A DNA stretch of 64,000 bases, from NCBI GenBank assembly GCA_046563655.1, contig CM102290.1:10726001-10790000 (forward strand), in the 5' to 3' direction. How positions within the stretch are numbered: position 1 is the first letter of the stretch; the number at the start of each line of letters is the position of its first letter. The DNA comes from Yuukianura sp. NJ FZ-2021. Taxonomy: Eukaryota. Under the pieces are notes generated by a model. The model made no database searches. It was not told the origin of the DNA and saw nothing but the letters and a program-made list of their open reading frames with translations. The position numbers and the translations under genes were made by a program. This document shows positions 38,828 to 50,500 of the stretch, in pieces.

Positions 38828-39963
38828 AGAAAAAAATGAAAGTGCCCGGATATCTCTGCAATGCCAGGGATTTTCAAAATGGCCAACAACTGCAACGGAC
38901 ACACTAATAGCGAGTTCTACTTAACATTTTAATAACTTATGAAGCAATATCAGTTACTTTCTAGCAAAAAAAAAATACTTTTAGAAATTTAGAATTCAAA
39001 CTGACACAAAAGGCTCATGAGTAGGGTTCACTTTAGGTTTTTCTATAACTTGACCTGAATGGAGTTAAACTTGACCTTTTGAGAAGGTGTAGGTTAGGGA
39101 AGATTTTAGCTAGTCACTTCTAACGTCGAGATGTCAAATCCATAAATACTAATATCAAGTTTTACAAAAGAAAATATTCTTAACTACTCAGAAAAAAAAA
39201 CGAAGTGAAAGGAAAGAGATCCTCGTCGACGGTAATAAAATCAGACTACAACAGTTGACCGGATGAATTTTAATTTTTAATTTGCTCTAATAAGGTAGTG
39301 AGTCAGTTTTTCTTGACAACCGTTAGTTGGGTAAGGTCCACCACAGTCGTTCTTCAGCATTTGACGGGTTTAGATTTCAGATTTTTTTTTTAGTTTCTGT
39401 TAGTTTTTACATCTTTTTGTTACAATAATTTCGAAAAGTTTGAAAAATCTTTTGGAAATTTTGGATATCAACTTACTTTTATGTTGTTGATTTCTAATGG
39501 TATACACTTTCTTTGAGTTTTGGATTTTTACAATCGTTTTTTTTTACTGTGCTTTATCTTTTGTCAATTTTTGATACATTTTAAAATTTTATTTTTTGAA
39601 AACTTTTGAATTTCGAAGATTTTGCATTAGTTTATATTGAATTCAATTATAATTATTTTGCTACATCGTGTATTAATACACAAACAGTTCACATTTGATG
39701 TCTGAGCAAAGTATGTTAAACTGATCGTGAGTTATGTCCCTTATGTTATGGACAAATAAATATTATTTTTTCATACTATTTCACTATTTCAGCTTTCTGA
39801 AAAGAAAAGATTAGCACATTTTGGGGAAACACGTTTTTTAATCTTAAAAAGCAGAAATGCTGAGTGAAACAGATTGATACCGTAACCATAAATTGAAAAA
39901 TTCACTAAAGAACTCCGAAAATTTCTTGCTAAAAAGAATTTCAAAATATCTCATTCCTTTTCT

Positions 39964-42900
39964 TTACCTATAGCTCGATTTCATTTTGAAAGCCTTTTTC
40001 CAAACTTCGCAAAGGCAAACAGTAGAATGAAATCTGCAAAAAAAAATCAGGAAGAATGGTTTTGGCATTGAATTTCATAAAAAAATCGGAGCTTTAAAAA
40101 TTAATCATTATTTAAAAAAGTACCTGTAGAAAATTGCAAGTGGCATTGATATGTGCGTGATGATGGTCCAAGCCCATAGACCATAAAATTTTAGCTGTAC
40201 AGGATGACTGTCAGCTCTGGATTTTTCGAGCGTATTGATGAGCCACATTGCCAAGTTCGTCACGAGCAAAAACGTCACAATTTCGCGGCCCGGTTTGCGT
40301 CTGACCTGGTCAGACGTTGCTGCACATCTTTTTGTAGCATCCAGAATGAACAGGGTTTGGAATACGACTTGAATCAAACACGCAAGCCCAGTCATCATCA
40401 CCAACGCCGTGTTTTCTTTCAGAGTAAAGTGACCTCCGATAACCGTAAAAACGTTGTAGATAAACGACCCTGTTTGAGCCACAATCAGTAAAATGTTGTC
40501 CAACTCCAAGTTGCGTGTTTCAACAAATTTCAATTCACGTACCTACAATCATTTCCAAAAAATAAGTTTGTAACTTTGTGTGATACTTTGAATATTTTTG
40601 AGGGAAGTATCCGTGGTGACCATACTTGGCACATTCCGATGAGTACGGCAACAGTGGTGATTGTATATAAAACCAATTCCGTGATGTTGACCTCCATTGT
40701 TGCCAAACCTTGATACCCAGGTCGGCTGATTAGAACGAAAAACAGGATCAGACTGATGATGGTCATAACGAGGAAAAAGATGCCAATAAACAAGCCTTTG
40801 TTTGCCCGTGCACAGTCAACGGAGTAGGAATGCGGTGACCTCTTGGCTATAAAATGCTATAAAGAACACAAATGGATAAATTAAATTAGTACGTATTTAT
40901 ACGTATTATATTATACGTTATACGTTTATACGGATTAATTATTTTTGAAAGTATTTTATTTCACAGTATTCTTACGTTTGCAGAGTCGCTTTGTGCACAG
41001 CTTCCTTGGCAGCTTCGTCTGAGTTCAGCTCGACGTTTGGCAATGCTCTTCCACATGACATATAAAATGGCAGCACAAATCAGTGAGTACTCAATGGTAC
41101 ACGGAAACAGAAAGGACGACGCATTTTGAACCAACGACCCCATAATATCCGTTCGACGGCATTCGTAAATTGAATGTGGACCTCGGAGACCACGACGAAT
41201 TCGATGATGTACACTGCTGTTCAAAGTTGACTGAAAACCCTGAGCAGCCATGTGATCATGTCCACCAGTGGAGTGGTGGCCGTGACCTTCATCAGCTAGG
41301 TTGACCTCGGTGCTGGGAACATGTCGATTGTAGTTGACGACGAATGTGTGGTTGTCAGGGTCGTAGAAGTGGAGGATTTCGTGGCGTGTTTCTTGGATGA
41401 TGACATTTAGCCACACGCACATATTCGTGCCAATCATATGCATGAGGCCAAATTGGGCTCCGAGACGTACGGAGGAGACGGCCATCTTGGAGTTGAGAAA
41501 AATGAAGTACATTTGGCCAAAAGTGAAGATCATGCGCACTGCTGGAGTCAGAGCGATCATGAAGTTGTGACATTTCGTATCTGGATCAAGCTCAAAGTAT
41601 TGTCCAAACTCCAGTCCACTGTATATCATGCTTCCAATTCCAAACGCTGAAAAAAAAATCTGTATTTGGAATGGAATTTTTTGTTTTGTCTGGTTAATAT
41701 CTCTCTACACACGCCAAAATAATTACGACACATGCAAATGTCAGAAACAATTTTTTAGCTTGTTTGACTTACACTTCTCAAACAATTTCAGATGCAAATA
41801 TATCTTAGTCAATTCAGTTTTTGTATTAAAATGTGCATTAGTAAACCAATTACAAAACCACTTAAATAACTAAACAAAACGCATGAAGTGTTTTCAGTAT
41901 TTGTACGTGCTCGTGTGCCTGATCACGTGAAACATTTAGCTTTAGTTATGTTAGTTAATTTTTCAATTTGGTTTGCTAAATCTTTAAAATTCTTCGACTG
42001 GTTTTTTTTTCATTAATTTGGAAAATGGAATCACCTTGACCTTAACTCGAACGCAGCTTATTCATTGTAGCAAAAAGTATTGCAATCATGCTTTCAATTT
42101 TTTGCAAGTCCAAAAACAAGTAGGAAAGTGCCTAAACTTCGGTTTTACGAAAAAAAAAACATAATTATCATTGCATGTTAAATTTAAAAAAAAATAGTGA
42201 CGAGGAGAAATCATGAAGGAAACATAATCGTGAAAGCTCTCATTTTGAATTTTGAAATAGTAAGAATTATTTGTGTAAATTTACCTATGGCTCCTATTCT
42301 CAAATAGAAACTGCCAAAGTTGACGCGCTGATGACCCCCAAGAGGCTGTACGACGCTACCACTGGATTCTACAGTGACTTCCAGCTCTGACTGGTGACAT
42401 TTGGTTGACCTTTTACCTTTGCTGGGTCCAGGAAGACGAGATTCACATGATGATGTTGTACCTTCTGAATCCTCACAACCTGCATCCTCTTTTTCTTCTT
42501 TGGCGGCATTAGTGGCATTACGCGCCGTTTCAGAATTCGTTGACGTCAACCTTGACCTCATCGTATTGATTCCTTCAAAAACAAACATTGGGCTACTTTT
42601 CAAAAAACAATCAAACATTTGTTTGTTTTTTGAAATCACAGCCTAATTCAAAGAACTTCGTATTAAAAAAAGTTTTTTTTGCCTTACTCTGAATTGTAAA
42701 ACGAACAGAGCGAGATGCCTTTTCACGCACAACGTTTCCATAAATGCAGATCATGAACGTAATGCTGCCAAAGTACAAGTAGAGGTAGAATCCCTGTGAT
42801 CATAAAAAATCAATCAGAGTTTCCAGAGGTCAAAACATGTCAGTAGTGATCCAATTTCCTTCGGAGAAGAATAAAAATTTGTAACGGTGATACATACGTC

Positions 42901-44103
42901 ATAGAAAGATGGAGGAATATACGTTGAAATGACTTCTGCCATTGGAAACGCAATTCCCAGAACCACCAGCAGCTTCCCATACAAAGCAGATAAAACCAGA
43001 CCAAGTGCCTCACTTCAAATGAAAAAAAAAGTAGACGTTTGACCTTTGCTGATAAAACAACTGTTGACCTCGAGGTCAATTGTTGCTTACTTTGCCCGTT
43101 CCTTTGAACTAGAGATGTCAGCAGCACTCAAAACGTCTTCTCCACGCTTCATAGGAACAATCGTGTAGTGCTTGTTTGGGTGATGTGTTGGCGTAGATGC
43201 CAAGGAATCGTCATGGGTGAAGTCGAAGCTGCTGAGGTTGTTGATCTTGATGTCATTGGTTTTGAGGTGATTGACCTTGACGTCCTTGACCTTCGCGTCC
43301 TTGACCTTGAGGTCAGTGACCTTGATTTCTTTGATGGGCATGAGGGGGTAGGAGGATTCGTCATTTTTGGAGTCCAACGGAAGGTTGAGTTCCTTGTGTT
43401 CCGGAATAGGAATTCCAGCGACATCTTTGGATGAACGAGACTGATGCGCATGTGCAGACCCCTCGCCAACCGTCGTGCGCAACTGATTCGGAAGTGTTGG
43501 AGTTCCTATCCACCTAATAAAACAAATAGTATATTGTTTTCAAACATGGACATTTCATTTTCACTTATTAACGTTTTTCCTGTAAGGCTTGAAGCCTGTG
43601 GAGCCATATGCATTTCAATTTTGTGTAAATATTAAATTTGAATGAATCTAAATATGAATATTTAATCAAGAATGAACAATAGTTTGTCAAAGTTTTGACA
43701 AAGTTACGTGTTAACTGCCCACTGGAATGAAAGATTCTTACTTTAAAAGTTTATAGACGCAGCTTAATCTCCTAAACTGAATGATTTATTAGCACGAACG
43801 CGCTAACTTTAGCTAACTTTCCTAATGACCTATGTAACCTAATGACCCATTGACCTAGGACTTTGTGCATAAACTATTTTAGTAACAACTATTATGTAAG
43901 TTAATTTCAAAAGTTAGTTTTAGCTAGTTTGCCTTACGATGATTTTGGAACCTTGTGCTAGGTTAGTTAGGATACCTTGTAAGAAAAAAAAATTACCCCG
44001 GGAGGGAGCCGGAACGTAAACGTCCAAGAAATTTGCCGGGTCCTCCACTTTTGCGTTCGAAGATTGTTCCGAGCGTATTCGGCCAACGATTGTTTCTGCT
44101 CAT
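39964..44103 (-). CDS. OTOP: Otopetrin-family proton channel (arthropod OtopL-like), 9 coding exons, ~809 aa
   Basis: Minus-strand exons 44103-43997, 43513-43091, 43012-42898, 42793-42688, 42572-42285, 41646-40976, 40856-40626, 40542-40124, 40033-39964, with consistent phases. Motifs include LSALYGKLLVVLGIAFPMAEVIS, GSFYLRIGAIAFGIGSMIYSGLEFG, FGLMHMIGTN, FLFPCTIEYSLI, SVDC..ANKGLF, KPGREIVTFLLVTN and PLAIFYRFHSTVCL. The first exon (ATG 44103, in-frame stop upstream) is less certain than the rest. Confidence 0.94.
43234..43335 (-). repeat. 15-bp coding repeat giving ~6-7 pentapeptides (IKEIKVTDLKVKDAKVKDVKVNHLKTNDIKINNL) in the otopetrin N-terminus
   Basis: Repeated cttgaccttg/ttgatcttg units at 15-nt spacing; translation is in ORF 43087..43482. 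Confidence 0.75.
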
Positions 44104-46149
44104 TATGGAAGTTACAACAATTGCTCAACAACAGCGTCTGAACAGAGTGACCAGCAATCCGGGCGTGGGGTATCACGAAATGTGAGAAGTATTTTCAAAA
44201 AATTTCAAAATGGCGTGTCGTGCACTTCACTTGCCCTTCAAAATTTGACAATTGAAACTGCACAGTGACAACAAGTGCATGAAAACAGACAGTTTCCTTC
44301 TTGAAGACAGAAAATTACTGAGGCGATTCGGCACTTTTTCTTAAAAGAACAATTGAGGTGGACCAACATTGTCCCAAGACGAACACAATTTCGAGAATTG
44401 TGGACAACAATTGAAAGATTTCGCAACAACTTGAAAAACTGGGACACAGTAACAGTTGGCAACACTTTGAGAATCGGACGATTCGTAGTTTTGATAATGG
44501 ACCAATTTTGTGATTGATTGTCAAGGATAACAAAAAGTAAGCTTCTGTGCTTAAAAGCCAAGAAGAATTGGCGTGCAGGTCTTTGGAAGTGCAAATTCAA
44601 ACTGGAGCGAAGGGAGGTGTAGATTTTAGCACTTTAGTAATCTTTGCAAAAAAAATTTTTTTGGTTAGCGAAAATTCCGTGTAACTAATTGCTCTCACTC
44701 CCCCTAAGTTTGAAGCATCTTGAAACGTGTAGTTACGTTTTAGAATAATGATGATAATGACAGTGAAGATGCTACTTCGATCTGTGCAAACAGGAACTAA
44801 AACAATTTTGTTGCAAAATGCAGCATGAGAGAGGAAAATCCAGAATTTTGTACTAAATTCTAGAAATACAAAAATATTAAAAGTTATTTGAATAAGTCAA
44901 ATAAGCATTTAGATCATAACTTCGTCATTAGTAAAAACAAAATGGCTGAAATCTGAAACATTAAGTTGGTTATATGCAGACGTTGAACGCTGTTTCAGCC
45001 GAAGATAATTTTCAGTCATTAGTTTCAAGCATCTTAAGTGTGACTTGAATTAGTATTTCACTGGCTAGATTTCCATTTGTTTTTATTTGTCCAAAGCCGA
45101 AAATTTCTCCGGAAAATAATTCCTACCAGTCGTCGCGTTTGTATTTAAAAAAATTTGTTTCGATTCCTCGAATTGAAATGGTTCACATTTTTTCATAGGC
45201 TTACGGGTAGTTCAGCACTGCATTATCATTTTTGATCAAGAAAGCTTCTTTTTTTTAAACAAATATCAACGTTAACCGTACAAATCTGGATTTGTCTGAA
45301 AACAAGAATCTAGAAGGTTTAGAAACCTACAGAACGCGTTGATTAGTTTGTGACGTTTAAACTTAAATTGAACATGATTAAACGGAAACGAGCTTCCGTT
45401 TAATCATTTTCAATTATTAATTCAAATGTATACATACGTCTGGGAGTAAATAAAGGCAGGTGGAGGAAATTTTGTATATGATAAATTATTTGCTGTCCAA
45501 GTTGTAAACTTTAAATATGTTTTTGTATCATATATTTATATATGTTATGAAATAGAAAAGGAATTATAACAACTTCACTTAAAATCTTCAGTTTACAAAC
45601 TATATGCAAAAATCCGACATGCTATAAATATTTAAATAGAGATATTTATGTTCGTTCAACAAAATAAAATATATCCTGCCGTCTTACGTGTAAGATTCGT
45701 AACTACGGAAAATTTGCGAATAATTCTAAACCTTATGCTGTTACAGTTTGTTAAATTATTAATTATTCAATAGCATTCACAAATTAAACGAATTAATTTC
45801 ATATAATGTGTGTTAATTTAATATCCATTTAAATTAAGTAATGAAATTTGTTCTGTGAAGGAAAATGCTTTAGTTTTATGCCCTCCATTGAATGTGATGC
45901 CCAGCCCTGACGATCCTCATTAGTCACCGTGCAGAGTGTACACGGTGTGTCTTTTGTCGGGTTCAGATTTGTCAAATTTTTACATTTATGAATGTGTATC
46001 CTCTCCCAACAGCAATTCATATAAGTAAGGTCACGGACATCAAAAAATTGAAGTAAGCATCAATTAATCACAAAGCTAGGGAGGGGCTACATCAACTGTT
46101 GAGGAGCGGACGACTGTGCTCTTGTGGTAGTGAAATCGTTTTGACTGAC

Positions 46150-49100
46150 ATGGACGACATGGACCAAAAGCCTTTCATAAATGATAGAACAGGCGTATCA
46201 GTTTCAAAAATCCGTGACATCCTGCGACGTCAACGACAAGAGTCCGATGGTGGTACAAGTGGTGAAGAGGTGTCAGACTTAGATTTTGTGTATGACGATG
46301 CAGATACGTATGCAAACGAAATATCAGAACTGTACAGCTATACCGAAGTACCGGAGTTTAAGCAAAATCTAAATTCATTTGAAACACTACTTCTCAAATG
46401 GGAATTCGAACCAAGATGGCAGACACTCAACAACCAAGTTCGAGAATCTATTATCCTCCGGCTTCTCAACCATCTAGAATTGTCTGATAAATTGGCCAGG
46501 AATGAAGCCGCCAGAGCTCTTCTATACATTGCTCAGGTATGTCGCCTTCTGCATCAATTTACGAGTGATTACGAAACTGACTTTGTTAAAATGATTGCAG
46601 GGTTGTTGGAACGAAGTCCAGTCAGACGTGGAACAACAATCATGGACGAGGCAAAACGTTTCCCTGTTTTTAAAGATTGGAGTATTTCCATCAGTCGTAG
46701 AGTTACTGAGCCTTGAAATAGAGTAAGTACTGCTTGAGTTCGTGTTTTGGCTAAAACTAATGGAACACATGTACCTTTCTCTAGATCCTGCCCTGGACCA
46801 ACGTCACTCCGGAAACTAGCTATCAGCCTAGCCGATTCCGCTGAACTTCGTGTCATTCTGAGTATCTTGTACACTACACTTGAAACTGTACGATGTGGTG
46901 ACGACGACGAGCAGCTCCGGCCTCAAATAGCAAATTTTAAATCGGAACTATGTAAGGTGTTTTACGTTTTTGTTGTTTTTTTCAGTTGACTGAAACGATT
47001 ATTTATCATTTTCTTAGGTTTACCAATGCCTGACGAGCTTTTAGGAGTAAAGCTACTAAAGATAGTGACAAAATTTTGTAGTGGGTCTGCACCCCATTTT
47101 CCAATTAAGAAGGTTCTTCTACTGCTATGGAAAGTCATGTTATTTTCACTGGGCGGAACAGCTGAGCTAAAAGAATTAAAAAGTAAGCGATTTTCTTGAT
47201 ATACTGGATATGCTTGAGGTTTTCTTTGGAACGTTCAATTTAATTTCATACTCAATTATTCAATTCCAGATAAATACCGTCAAGCAGCTGGACTACCACC
47301 TTTATCAGAGGATACTTTAGAAGTTTCAAAGAATATGAGAGCTTCCTCTCCGCCAGCAAATGCCCTTTTAGATGGTGAAGTAGAACGAAGAAATATTCGG
47401 CCGCTGAGACGTGTATGATCCAAGTTCAAACCATTGAAAAAGCATGTAGTCTCACAACATTCTAATGAAAGGTAACGTATTGTTCTTGAAGGGTCTCATG
47501 AAGCAAAGCAGTTTAGACGAAGCAGCAGCACTGGAATTAGAGATGAACGATCAGCTGGATGATGAAATGAAAGAAATCGAAGAGAGGAGAGCCCTTGAAG
47601 AGTCTGGTGAACTACCTCAACCGCCATCACCACGTCCAATGACCCCACTTCCTACTAAAAACAAAGGTTCGGTCAACACAATCAAGTGATTGATACTCTA
47701 ACGCACTGTTTATTGCAAATTTTAAGATGTTTTACTGAATATGACTTCTTTTCCAGGGCTTCCATGGACTCCCAAAGTTCGCAATAAGGATTTGGATGTG
47801 TACCTTGAGAGCACAAGACTCAAGTTTTTGGGGTTTCCAGTTGATGGAGATCGGGACACGCTCGTTGGGCTTCCAGCACCAATTCACGAAGGAGTCAAAG
47901 TTCTTAAAGATGTGAGTCTGCCAAGCTGTCTCGTCTGTTCTAATTCAATTTGTTGGTCAGTTTATGCCCACAAACGATTAACGCCACATTTCCTCCGTTT
48001 TTAGCATGTCTACGTATCATTATCCGAATGGCAAATGCAAAGGGAAGAGGATCTCTGGAAGTGCCCCCTGTCCAGTCAAGAGAACGAAGAAGAGCCTAAT
48101 CCTGTCGAAACGTTTTATTCCGCAGCACTTCCAAATCTTCCCCAGTACATCATAGCTATTCTCAAAGTTCTACTGGCCGCTGTTCCAACGTCAAAAACGA
48201 AAACCGAGTCGATCAATATTATGGCTGACGTTCTACCTGAAGATATTCCGTAAGTTGCACATCATCCACTAATACAAAGAAGATTGAAATGATTTTTATC
48301 CTTGACCTTCAACCTAACCTAACCATGCCTGCTTTTATGCAATTCTTATAGTGTTGTCAATAATTCTAGTACGACTGTCGTTCAGTCCATGAAACTGGGA
48401 ATTGACTGCGGCAGACACAAAGAGATTATTATCAAAGCCATCTCAGGAATCCTGATTCTCCTTCTCAAGCACACGAAAATCAACCACATCTACCAATTTG
48501 AATTTATTTCACAACACCTCGTCTTTGCTAACTGCATCCCACTTGTACTGAAGTTTTTTAATCAAAATATATCAGTTTACGTCACAGCAAAAAATACGTA
48601 AGTTCCTTTCCGTCATCTTTCTGTCCTTTTGATTTTGACATTTGAGATGATGTATGATTTTCCAGAATTTTGTTGACTGACTTTCCTTCTTGTGTTCTGA
48701 CGGAGCCATATGAATTGACAGCCGAAGGCCTGGAATACGGAAGTCATCAGCCATATACATGGAGGAACATTTTTGCATGCATCAACCTTTTGCGTGTTCT
48801 CAACAAACTTACGAAATGGAAACACTCACGCGTAATGGTAAACCAATTCGAACGGAAATTTCGAAATTTTTCAAAATTGGGCAACAACCAATCATCTTTT
48901 GAATCTAAAACCCCAATACTATCTTTAATGATCTTTTCTACAAGAATATAAAAAAATGTTAAGAAAGAGAAAATCAAAAATGCTATTTTTAATTTGGTTT
49001 CAGATGCTTGTTGTTTTCAAGTCAGCTCCAATACTGAAACGATCTCTTCGTGTCAAGCATCCAGTCAACCAACTCTACATTCTGAAACTCCTCAAAATGC

Positions 49101-50500
49101 AAACAAAATACTTGGGACGTCAGTGGAGAAAGGCAAATATGAAAACAATGTCCGCCATTTATCAAAAAGTTAGACATCGACTCACTGATGACTGGGCATA
49201 CGGAAACGGTACGTTTTTTTCTTTCCTAAATCGCTTTTTCAATTCAAAATCTTCTCTGAATCCCGAATTTGTTCTCGTTCCAAGTTCAAGTTACGAAAAG
49301 CCATCAAAATGATAAGATTCAATTTGGATTTAAGCTGTGTATTTTGTTTGGCTTTTATCCAAACTGATTCAAAAGATTTTTTTAACTTTTGAACCTTTTT
49401 AAGTTTTGGTAATTCTGATACTTTGTTTTGATTATTTTTTAGTAAGTAGGAAGTGGAATGAGCTTGACGTTGACACGGGAGTGAATGAACAGTAGAGCTT
49501 TTTAGAGAGGGAGAGGCTGCAGAGAGCATTTGTGTCTTGTCAAATGTAATAGTAGGAGAGGTTCAATTAATCGAGACATAATAAAGTGAAGTAATCAGTC
49601 ACTTGGCGGAAGGAAGGGAGAGATTTAGGATTGAATGGCAGCTTCTAGGATTTTTAGTTTCGGACAGATAGTTTCATCATCTTCTAAAAAAAAGAAAGGA
49701 GATTCTGGTTTTCAGAGGGCAAGTTATCTTTTGAGTCTTCAACAGTTTACTTTTAATGACTGAAGATGAATTAGGAGAAATGAATGAACGACTACAGTGA
49801 CTTAAGTGCGTTTAATAAAAAGTGGAAGCTCCCTCATCCTTGATTTATGACTCATTTGCTACTCACTAACTTGTTCAAAACGATAGTTTTTTTTTCTTTT
49901 GAACAAAAAATAAATCACTCTTTTTTAAATTAATTTAAAACAGGAGATGGAAAGGGTTTTTGAACAACAGGAGAAGGAAATGGTTTTTCAAAAACGTGCT
50001 AGTCAATTGAGACCGACGATTAAAAATAGAGTTTGCTTTTCAAACAAAAAATTGCCTAAAAATTGCTTCAAAATATTCAGTATTCATTTACGAAAAAATT
50101 TAATGTGTTTTTGAAGTCGAACTTAATTTTTTGTGTTTTTGATTTTTTTTAGATTTGGATGCAAGGCCATGGGACTTTCAAGCTGAAGAATGTGCTCTGA
50201 GAGCCGCTGTAGATCGATTTAATAACAGAAGATACGGAGAGCTAGGAAAAGTATGAACTGAACAAATTTTCTTTTGTTTTTGCCGATTTTTTGAAATATT
50301 GAAACCAAAATGATTTTGTTTTTGATTTTTAGACTTTGCCGGACTTTGAACCAACTGAAACGAATTTGCAAACAGTACTGGGACGCCCGGTTCACCTCAC
50401 GGAAACTTTTAAAGACAACTACGAACAATGGGTCAATCATGAAGTATTTGGAAAACCAATTAATTGGGACGAACTAATTAATTTGGAAGTCACAATTTGA
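46150..50500 (+). CDS. STRIP: Striatin-interacting protein (STRIP/FAM40, STRIPAK subunit), 13 coding exons, ~809 aa
   Basis: Exons 46150-46536, 46601-46722, 46785-46951, 47018-47182, 47270-47412, 47492-47666, 47757-47911, 48005-48249, 48370-48597, 48666-48837, 49004-49208, 50153-50250, 50333-50500, with consistent phases. Motifs include LDFVYDDADTYANEISELYSYTE, SAPHFPIKKVLLLLWK, LPWTPKVR, RHKEIIIKAIS, QHLVFANCIPLVLKFFNQ, LTKWKHSR, YLGRQWRK, HRLTDDWAYGN and ARPWDFQAEE. Confidence 0.96.
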
